Below are positions 34,857 to 42,241 of a DNA stretch of 43,157 nt, in pieces. The notes beneath the pieces were generated by a model. The model did not search any database. It was not told the DNA's origin and saw only the letters and a list, made by a program, of their open reading frames with translations. Numbering within the stretch: the stretch's first letter is position 1; each line of letters starts with the position of its first letter. Source of the stretch: an uncultured Gammaproteobacteria bacterium (GTDB taxonomy: Bacteria > Patescibacteriota > Microgenomatia > UBA12405); the NCBI GenBank assembly GCA_964448065.1, contig CAYUUU010000001.1, positions 1 through 43,157 of the forward strand, given 5' to 3'. The position numbers and the translations under genes are program-made.

Positions 34857-35155
34857 TTTTTTACCTACTTTCTTTTTTTATAAAAAAATTTTTATATTTA
34901 AAGAGCCACCTCTTATTTTTTTAAAATTTTCATATTATTAAGGAACTAAAAATTTAAATTCAGTGCAAAAACTGATTAAATTATTATTTTGAATGGATTT
35001 TAGGGTTTTTTACAAAAAGTCAAATCTTTAATTTGCAATTGGGAGTGGGTATGGTAGACTACAGACTGATTTAAGCAAATTGGTGCATTTATATTTTGTG
35101 GGCACCGCAAGTTCCTAGGTTACGGCCGAAGAATAGTGTTTGGGTCAACAAAATT

Positions 35156-36463
35156 ATGTATCAAAACAAATTCACTAATAATAGTGGTGCCAGTCGTCGT
35201 CGATTTGGTACTCAAAATAGACCTGTTTTTGGAAGTCAACCACGATCAAGTTCTAATAATCATAATAATTTCAATAAAAACAGACCATCTTTTGGTGGTC
35301 AACAAAGATCCCATTTTGGTGGTGGTCGAAGTAGAAGTAAAAAAAGTTTTGCTAGCCAAATTGACCCAAGCATGTTTATTAGAAAAGCATGTCCAATTGT
35401 AAAAATTGAAGATGCTCCAGTAACTAATAATTTTACTGATTTTAATTTTAATGAAATTTTAACTAGAAATATTATTAGTAAGGGTTATATTAAACCAACT
35501 CCAATCCAAGACCAAATTATTCCCCATATTTTAAACAATCAAGATGTTTTGGGAATTGCTAATACTGGAACCGGAAAAACAGCTGCTTTTGCTTTGCCTT
35601 TGATTCATCAACTTTTAACTGATTCTAATAAAAGAGTTTTAATTTTGGCCCCAACTAGAGAGTTGGCTCAACAAATTAAACAAGAAATTAGATCATTTAC
35701 TTTTGATTTAAGAATTTATGTAGCTTTGGCGATTGGTGGTGCTTATATTAGAGAACAAATTTTAGATATTAAACGTGATCCACATATTATTGTTGGAACT
35801 CCTGGTAGAGTTAAAGATTTAGCTAAAAGAAGAGTTTTAAATTTTTCTAAATTTAATACTATAGTTTTGGATGAAGTTGACCGAATGTTAGATATGGGTT
35901 TTGTGAGTGATATTAAAGAAATTATTGAGCAATTACCTAAGCCTCATCAAACTTTATTTTTCTCGGCTACAACTAATAAAAAAATTGATATTTTGATTAA
36001 TTCATTTTTAAATAATCCAGCTAAAATTTCAGTAAGAACACAGGAAAGTTCTAAAAATGTGGAACAAGATGTAATTAGAGTTAGACGTGAAGATAAAGAA
36101 AAAACTTTAATTAATTTACTTAAACAAGATGGTTTTAATAAAGTTTTAATTTTTGGAGCTACAAAAGTTATGGTAGAAAAAATTTCCACTACTTTAAAAG
36201 CTGAAGGATTCAAATGTGGATCACTTCATGGAAATAAAGCTCAATATCAGAGACAAACTACATTAAAAGCTTTTAAAGAAAATATAATTAATGTTTTAGT
36301 CGCTACTGATGTGGCAGCTAGAGGTTTGGATGTGGCGGATATTACCCATGTAATTAACTATGATATTCCAAATAATTACGAAGATTATGTTCATAGAATC
36401 GGCAGAACCGGTCGTGGAGATGCTGCTGGTGTAGCTTTGACTTTCATTGAAGACAGATACTAA
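35156..36463 (+). CDS. DEAD-box ATP-dependent RNA helicase with an Arg/Gly/Ser-rich N-terminal extension
   Basis: Q motif (F..F.....GY.KPTPIQ), AxTGTGKT, DEVD, SAT, HRIGRTGR. I prefer the start at MYQNKF (35156) over the TTG at 35096. Confidence 0.9.
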   Translation: MYQNKFTNNSGASRRRFGTQNRPVFGSQPRSSSNNHNNFNKNRPSFGGQQRSHFGGGRSRSKKSFASQIDPSMFIRKACPIVKIEDAPVTNNFTDFNFNEILTRNIISKGYIKPTPIQDQIIPHILNNQDVLGIANTGTGKTAAFALPLIHQLLTDSNKRVLILAPTRELAQQIKQEIRSFTFDLRIYVALAIGGAYIREQILDIKRDPHIIVGTPGRVKDLAKRRVLNFSKFNTIVLDEVDRMLDMGFVSDIKEIIEQLPKPHQTLFFSATTNKKIDILINSFLNNPAKISVRTQESSKNVEQDVIRVRREDKEKTLINLLKQDGFNKVLIFGATKVMVEKISTTLKAEGFKCGSLHGNKAQYQRQTTLKAFKENIINVLVATDVAARGLDVADITHVINYDIPNNYEDYVHRIGRTGRGDAAGVALTFIEDRY

Positions 36464-36464
36464 A

Positions 36465-36500
36465 GTAGACGATAGATCGTCGATCTTAGATCGTAGATAA
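36465..36500. repeat. GATC/CGAT-rich element GTAGACGATAGATCGTCGATCTTAGATCGTAGATAA
   Basis: Read directly. Lies between the convergent DEAD-box and deaminase genes and supplies the last codons (STI) and the stop of the deaminase. Confidence 0.7.
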
Positions 36501-36953
36501 AATCCAACCTTTGACATCTTTCATTAATTCAGTACATTCGGTTTGAAGAATGCCCCCAATTACTTCCATTTTTTTACCATTAGTAGGAATTAATTTTTGA
36601 GCATGATTGACGGCGTGATAATCAGAAATTTCATATTTATTTTGAGAGACATCTTCTTGAAAAGCCCCAAAAACAACTCTGTTTAAGCCCGCCCAAGAAG
36701 CGGCAGCCAAACACATGGAACAGGGTTCGATTGTAGTATAAAGAGTGCAATCTGAGAGGTCAAAAGTATTAAGTTTTTTGGCGGCATTATTAATACAATT
36801 AAGATCATTATGACCCGCAGGCTCTGGAGTTCCATGACCTTCGGCAATAATTAAATTATCTTTTACCATTAGAGAAATTAAGGGTAACTCTTTGGCAACT
36901 AATCGTTGTTTACCTTTAGTAACAACTATTTTCATAAAATCTTGATCGGTCAT
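36486..36953 (-). CDS. CMP/dCMP (TadA/guanine deaminase-like) zinc deaminase with an atypical HND motif
   Basis: PCSMC zinc motif and family-like context (TLYTTIEPCSMCLAAASWAGLNRVVFGA). The H-A-E position reads GHNDLNCI. Confidence 0.65.
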   Translation of the reverse strand: MTDQDFMKIVVTKGKQRLVAKELPLISLMVKDNLIIAEGHGTPEPAGHNDLNCINNAAKKLNTFDLSDCTLYTTIEPCSMCLAAASWAGLNRVVFGAFQEDVSQNKYEISDYHAVNHAQKLIPTNGKKMEVIGGILQTECTELMKDVKGWILSTI

Positions 36954-36977
36954 AGTCTCATTCTACCATTTTAATTT

Positions 36978-37011
36978 CAATCTTCCCCTGCCCCCTCTTT
37001 GACAAGAGGGG
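36978..37011. repeat. GC-rich element CAATCTTCCCCTGCCCCCTCTTTGACAAGAGGGG, intergenic copy
   Basis: Read directly, between the AlkD-like stop and the deaminase start. Confidence 0.85.
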
Positions 37012-37015
37012 TTAA

Positions 37016-37780
37016 TTATTTTTTCTTGTTGTATTTGCGGCCAGTGAGGGCTTTGGATAAAGCTTCACGATAAGCAATTTTAGGTAATTTGTCTTGATTA
37101 GTCTGAAGATAAATTAAAACTTCATCTTTATGAAATTTAACTAGACTTCTGAGTATCCAAGAAACAGCTTTAGTAATTAAAATTTCTTTTTCTGATTTTA
37201 AATTTTCAATATTTTCAAAAGCTAATTTTGACAATCTTTGGTCGTCAGATTGACTTAAAGATTTAGTTAATAAAACTAGACTAGCTCGACGTTTATTAAT
37301 ATTAGAATTTTGATTAAATTGTTTTAAAATTTTTTCCCAAGCTGGCCAATTAGAAAGTAAAATTTCACTAGTAAAATTTGACTGACACAAAACATCATTT
37401 TCAGCCCAACCACAGGTATAATTTAACCATAAATCTAGATGTTTAGGATCGAAATTTTGAAGGACATTTTTTGATAATCCTAAAATTACAGCAGCAACAG
37501 CAATCTCAGTATAAGTGGTGCCATGTTGATAAAGAGAATCTAACAAATCAATAGTTTTAATTTCATCTAGATTGTTTTCTTTAATAATTTTTTTGGCAAG
37601 ATTTGTTATTTGGGCACTGGTAAAACCATGATAGATTTTGTCAGTACCAAGATAATTTTTAGGCCATTGATAGTCAGATTTGGAGTCTGGTTTTAATTGA
37701 TTAATATCTTTTAAAAGTTGGAGATGAAAAGAATTTTTTATTTTATTGTTTCTTTTTAGAGAGTTTTTTACCGATAACAT
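37016..37780 (-). CDS. AlkD-like DNA alkylation repair (HEAT-repeat glycosylase) family protein
   Basis: Matches my memory of B. cereus AlkD: GWAENDVLC (vs WWDSVDSI), NKRRASLVLL (vs WLQRAAIL), ITKAVSWILRSL (vs IQKAIGWVLREY), KIAYREALSK. Confidence 0.7.
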   Translation of the reverse strand: MLSVKNSLKRNNKIKNSFHLQLLKDINQLKPDSKSDYQWPKNYLGTDKIYHGFTSAQITNLAKKIIKENNLDEIKTIDLLDSLYQHGTTYTEIAVAAVILGLSKNVLQNFDPKHLDLWLNYTCGWAENDVLCQSNFTSEILLSNWPAWEKILKQFNQNSNINKRRASLVLLTKSLSQSDDQRLSKLAFENIENLKSEKEILITKAVSWILRSLVKFHKDEVLIYLQTNQDKLPKIAYREALSKALTGRKYNKKK

Positions 37781-40700
37781 ATATAGGAATAAGAAGAAGT
37801 AGTAACCACCACCAATTAATTAATTTTTCAGCAGTAGAAGAACCTAAAACATCACCAAGTTCTACTTCTGGAGTTGTAGTTGGATTAATTTCTTCTTCTA
37901 TATTAGCACCTAAAACTTCTGTAGAAAAACCTTCAGCTGGTTGATTAGGAGTAGTACCGGCAGCTCCAATAATAGTGCCAGTATTTACTTCATTACTGTC
38001 GCTACTTTGATTTTGAGCACCATCAACAGCTTTAACAATGAAATAATAGTTACCGATACCAAGACCTTTAACTGTGTAAGAAGTTATATTACCAACTCTA
38101 GCTCCATAAGGATGAATTCCTTGAACTGAACCATACCAAATAATGTAATCTTTAGCATCATCTATGGCATTCCAAGAAAGAGTGGCTGTACCACTGCCAA
38201 TATTATCCAAAATGAGAGTTGGAGAGATTGGAGAAGTACGATCGACATTTAAATCAATAGAAGCATCTTTAGCTCGACCACTTTGATCAAAAGCAACAAC
38301 TTTAACTGTCCAGCGACCTTCAATTAATTGATCAATTTCAACTTCAGTTGTTCCAGCACCGACAGTTTTGGAATAAGAATGTGAATTATCTAATTTCCAT
38401 TGAATTTCATATTTATCGATACCAGTATTATCTTTAGCAAATTCCCATTTAATTTTGGAAGTACTACCACTGGTTGGATTTGGATTAGCAGAAAGATTTT
38501 GTGGACTATATTCTAAATCTGTTTTATCCCATCTAATATTTCTAAAATCAATTACAGAATAATTACCGGCTTTATCGATAGCTCGATAATATAAATCATG
38601 ATTTCCTTCAGTTAAGGGTTTAATGGCAACTGAATAAGTTGTCCAAGAACCTTCAATTTGAGAATCCCATTGATATTCAATTTTATCTAAATTAGCATCA
38701 GTACTGGTCAAAGTTATTTCTGGTTGAGTCCAATACCAACCATTTTGACCATCTGGAGAGACTGGATTAACTGAAGATGAAATTGTTGGAACAGTATTAT
38801 CAATATTTAATTTTTTTAATTCACTCCAACCACTTTCATTACCAAATGAATCAACTGCTTTGACTCGCCAATAAAAACTAATAGTTTGGTTGCCACCAAC
38901 AGTTCTATAATTATTTTTTCCGGTATTTTCAGTATGAATTTTATTTTTAGCTTCACTATCTCTATAACTTTCATAAATGTAATGATCTACACCATTAACC
39001 TCAGTCCATGACTGTTTTGGATTTCCATTAACCAAGGCATCATTAAGTGGAAAAACAAGAGTTGGAGTGTTTAAACAAGAACTTGGAGTTCCAAAACATT
39101 GCCAATTATTTTCAACAGTACAAGAGCTAGAACAACCATCTCCATTTATAATATTCCCATCATCACATGTTTCATTTGAATCAAAAATACTATTTCCACA
39201 AATTGGAACATAACAAGCAGCAGTAGCATCACAGATTTTGTAACCACCAAAACCATTAGGAATAGAATTATTACTACCAAGATATCCACAAGTTGTTGGA
39301 CAAGTACCGGCTGGGGTATAAGTACAAACAGAATTATCTATAACTTCAGTATTAGTGTTAAAACTAGAATCATAATTTAAGGCTTTGGAATCAGTACAAA
39401 TTTTAGCTTTTTGGTGACAAGTATTATTTTCTAAATAAAATCCATCGGCAGCAGTTATTACATAATCTTCAGTCTGAGGTAATTTTAAAAAATTATCTAT
39501 TGCCCACCAAGGAATCTCTGAACTTATGCTTGGACGAACACAATTGTTTGAAGTTGTTGATTTTTCGTAAGCAATGGTTTTATTAAAATTTTCAGTTATA
39601 TATGTGGCAGGAATATAGGTTCTATTAATAATAGAAGTAGAAATTTTTTGTATAATTCTTGAACAAGGTTTAGTATTTTTGTCACTATAATAGTATATGT
39701 CTAGTGATGGACATTTACCAAATATGTTTTTATCTGCATATTTTGTTTCATAAACAGTAGAAATCACAGTACATGTTTTACCATCAATATTTGGAATACC
39801 ATTAGTACAATCAGCATAATGTTCTGGAACATCTATTATTATTCTGGTTGCGGTGAAATTTTTGGTTGGACAAGAATAATTACAATTTTGACTAAGAACT
39901 TCAAAATTTATGGAATCAATTTTTGAATAACTTCCAAATATTTCTTTTTCAAAAATAGCACTCCAAGTTCCAATAGTATCGTTATTTGATAATGTATAAG
40001 AACAAGAAACAAAATGACCATTAACAACAGGACAAGTTTTAATGGTATTACCATTGTTATCTTGAAAAACAATCCTTGACGAATAATAAACAGGATTTAA
40101 TATTTCCGCATAAACTGTTTCACCTTGGATATAAGAATATTTTTTAACTGTTAACGAAGGATCAGAATAAGTAACAATAAATAAAGTGAAATGGTTGAGA
40201 TTACTAGTGGTAGCAGTTAAATTATTTTCAGTGGTATTATCGGCAGTTTGAGCTGAATTAATTTGAGAAATTTCTTCGGCAAATTTAATGTCTATATCCT
40301 TTCCTTTTGAAGATTCTGGAATTGGAAGAGAAAGATTATAAGCAAAAGTACCATCGGTCATATCGGAAGTAATATCATAAGCTTTATCTGATAATGAACC
40401 AGTTTGTTGTACTTGTTCGGCGGTTAAATTAATTTCTTGAATTTTTATATTACCTGATTTTTCTGGTAATTTGGTAAAAACTATCTTTACTCCACTGTTT
40501 TGCGGAGCAACATATTCTTTATTTAATTGAACATTTTCAAAAGTCCAATTATTAGTAGTTTGCTCGACTAAAACAGGAATTTCAGTTGGAGTAAATGAGA
40601 TCGTAGGTGATAGATCGTCGATCGTAGATGGAATTGGGGTTGATGTTGGAGTTATTATTTGTTGTGGTTCTGGAGTTAGTTCTGGTGTTGGAGTAATTGT

Positions 40701-40952
40701 AGATTCTATGGTTGGTGTAATTGTTTCTGTTGGTGTAGTTTCTGGAGTAATAGTTGGTTCTATAGTTGGTTGTATGGTTGGTTCTGGAGTTATAGTTGGA
40801 GTAATTATTTCAGTTGGAGTGGCTTCTTCGGCATAAACTGGTTGAGTAGCTAATAAAAATGGAACAAAAGAATTTAATAATAAAGATAAATTTGCAACTA
40901 TAGCTATAGCTTTTTTAATAACTTTTATTCTTAACATAAAATTACAAAACAT
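37743..40952 (-). CDS. giant surface protein: signal peptide, Thr/Pro-rich repeats, Cys-rich (DUF4215/Myxococcus-type) repeat, Fn3/Ig-like domains, C-terminal TM anchor
   Basis: Signal peptide ending VYAEE. ITPTITPEPTIQPTIEPTITPETTP. CGNSIFDSNETCDDGNIINGDGCSSSC. YRAIDKAGN-type Ig domains. C-terminal WWWLLLLLIPIYVIGKKLSKKKQ. Confidence 0.65.
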   Translation of the reverse strand: MFCNFMLRIKVIKKAIAIVANLSLLLNSFVPFLLATQPVYAEEATPTEIITPTITPEPTIQPTIEPTITPETTPTETITPTIESTITPTPELTPEPQQIITPTSTPIPSTIDDLSPTISFTPTEIPVLVEQTTNNWTFENVQLNKEYVAPQNSGVKIVFTKLPEKSGNIKIQEINLTAEQVQQTGSLSDKAYDITSDMTDGTFAYNLSLPIPESSKGKDIDIKFAEEISQINSAQTADNTTENNLTATTSNLNHFTLFIVTYSDPSLTVKKYSYIQGETVYAEILNPVYYSSRIVFQDNNGNTIKTCPVVNGHFVSCSYTLSNNDTIGTWSAIFEKEIFGSYSKIDSINFEVLSQNCNYSCPTKNFTATRIIIDVPEHYADCTNGIPNIDGKTCTVISTVYETKYADKNIFGKCPSLDIYYYSDKNTKPCSRIIQKISTSIINRTYIPATYITENFNKTIAYEKSTTSNNCVRPSISSEIPWWAIDNFLKLPQTEDYVITAADGFYLENNTCHQKAKICTDSKALNYDSSFNTNTEVIDNSVCTYTPAGTCPTTCGYLGSNNSIPNGFGGYKICDATAACYVPICGNSIFDSNETCDDGNIINGDGCSSSCTVENNWQCFGTPSSCLNTPTLVFPLNDALVNGNPKQSWTEVNGVDHYIYESYRDSEAKNKIHTENTGKNNYRTVGGNQTISFYWRVKAVDSFGNESGWSELKKLNIDNTVPTISSSVNPVSPDGQNGWYWTQPEITLTSTDANLDKIEYQWDSQIEGSWTTYSVAIKPLTEGNHDLYYRAIDKAGNYSVIDFRNIRWDKTDLEYSPQNLSANPNPTSGSTSKIKWEFAKDNTGIDKYEIQWKLDNSHSYSKTVGAGTTEVEIDQLIEGRWTVKVVAFDQSGRAKDASIDLNVDRTSPISPTLILDNIGSGTATLSWNAIDDAKDYIIWYGSVQGIHPYGARVGNITSYTVKGLGIGNYYFIVKAVDGAQNQSSDSNEVNTGTIIGAAGTTPNQPAEGFSTEVLGANIEEEINPTTTPEVELGDVLGSSTAEKLINWWWLLLLLIPIYVIGKKLSKKKQ
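40598..40633. repeat. GATC/CGAT-rich element GAGATCGTAGGTGATAGATCGTCGATCGTAGATGG inside the giant surface-protein gene
   Basis: Shares GATAGATCGTCGATC and GATCGTAGAT with 36465-36500. Translated in frame as PSTIDDLSPTIS. Confidence 0.7.
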
Positions 40953-41029
40953 CAGTAATAATTAAATCAATTTAAAGTATATTGATTTTTAAAAAAATTA
41001 CAATTAATTGAAAATTTACTTAAAAATAT

Positions 41030-41350
41030 CTAAAAAGAATAAACTATTTTTTCAAAATTAATAATTTTATTATTTTTATCGACTTTAATTCCCTCTTGTT
41101 TATAAAGTTGATCTCGCCATTTATTATGTTCTGGATCAAACCAAATTTTGCCACTGGAATAAACAATCCGATGAAAAGGAATTTTATCGACCTGGTCTGA
41201 TTTACCTAAAATATTAGTAATCATCCGAGATAACATAGGATGACCACCAGCAGCGGCACAAAGTAAACCATAGGTGGTAACTCGACCTGCTGGAATACTT
41301 AGGGCTAACTGAACAACTTTTTTAGAAAATTCACCTGGTTTTTGGTTCAT
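41030..41350 (-). CDS. alkyltransferase-like (ATL) protein: MGMT DNA-binding domain without the acceptor cysteine
   Basis: IPAGRVTTYG...IPFHRIV, where MGMT has PCHRV and known ATLs have PWHRV. 106 aa. Confidence 0.6.
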   Translation of the reverse strand: MNQKPGEFSKKVVQLALSIPAGRVTTYGLLCAAAGGHPMLSRMITNILGKSDQVDKIPFHRIVYSSGKIWFDPEHNKWRDQLYKQEGIKVDKNNKIINFEKIVYSF

Positions 41351-41374
41351 AGATTATTTTAATATATAGATTAT

Positions 41375-41647
41375 TTAAGATTGTAGAGACGCCCCGCGGG
41401 GCGTCTCTACAGAAGTTAACTTTATTTTTTCAGTTCTAGATAATTTTTTAATTCTAGATTCTTCTTTGGAAGCAAGTGATCTGTTTTCAAATTCTTTGGA
41501 ATAAACTAATTTTACGGGACGACGAACTTTGGTGTATTTGGCACCTAATTTAGAGCTGTTATGTTCTTTGATTCTTCTTTCTAAATCGGTGGTAATTCCA
41601 GTGTAAAGAGTTTGATCATTACACTGAATAATATAAAGAAAATACAT
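41375..41647 (-). CDS. GIY-YIG nuclease family protein (UPF0213-like)
   Basis: YFLYIIQC.DQTLYTGITTDLERRIKEHN, plus the R, E and N core. The C-terminal 12 aa (SVETPRGASLQS) are encoded by the palindrome. Confidence 0.8.
   Translation of the reverse strand: MYFLYIIQCNDQTLYTGITTDLERRIKEHNSSKLGAKYTKVRRPVKLVYSKEFENRSLASKEESRIKKLSRTEKIKLTSVETPRGASLQS
41382..41411. repeat. 30-nt perfect palindrome TGTAGAGACGCCCCGCGGGGCGTCTCTACA (REP-like, GTAG-headed)
   Basis: Read directly. Identical to 41926-41955. Confidence 0.9.
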
Positions 41648-41648
41648 T

Positions 41649-42241
41649 TTATTTTTTATAAAATTTATCTTTTTGCCAATTAATAGGGTTATTTATTATA
41701 TAGTTTTTAACTATTGATAGTTCTTTTTTGTTTTGAATAATATGATCGTAAAATCTTGATTGCCAAGAAAAAAATAAATGTTGTTGATCACAAATTCGTT
41801 TGACTGATGATTTAAATTGATTAATGACTTTAGGAATTTCTTGATTTGATTTTACATTTAATCTTTTAAAAAACTCTGGATGGTTTTGATGTGATGGAAT
41901 AATAATTGGTGATATTTGATCTTTATGTAGAGACGCCCCGCGGGGCGTCTCTACAAGAATTTCCCGTATAGTAATCAATAAATGAAGATGGTTGGGGGCA
42001 TTACCACCCAAGGGTTTATGATTAAATTATTTCGAAGGGAAATTGTTTTTAATAATTCATTTTTGGTTATTTTTCCAATTTCTGATAATTCCATTTTATT
42101 ATCAATAATTTTTCCAAAGAAATTGTTTTTATTGTAAGTACAAATAGTGATGAAATAATAGCCAGGGTTTGAATAATCCCAGTTATTTAAACGAGAAGAA
42201 TTAATTTTGTATCGATCATCAAATCGATTTTCCATTTTCAT
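41649..42241 (-). pseudogene. REP-associated tyrosine transposase (RAYT; IS200/IS605-type Y1 HUH enzyme) split by a frameshift
   Basis: Track ORFs 41975-42241 and 41649-42011 join into one protein if one C is removed from the C5 run (G5 on the + strand, 41987-41991): ...NPWVVMPNHLHLLI (HUH motif) ... WQSRFYDHIIQN (catalytic Tyr) ...NNPINW. Its ATG overlaps the rarA TGA (ATGA). Confidence 0.7.
41926..41955. repeat. 30-nt perfect palindrome TGTAGAGACGCCCCGCGGGGCGTCTCTACA inside the RAYT gene
   Basis: Read directly. Translated in frame as VETPRGASL, just after the HUH motif. Confidence 0.9.

Noticed and set aside
41649-42241. Treating the two RAYT halves as separate functional genes
   Set aside because: The HUH motif is split exactly at the frame change (..VVMP | NHLHLLI). 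Deleting a single base in a homopolymer restores one canonical protein. A frameshift, real or from sequencing, is the simpler explanation.
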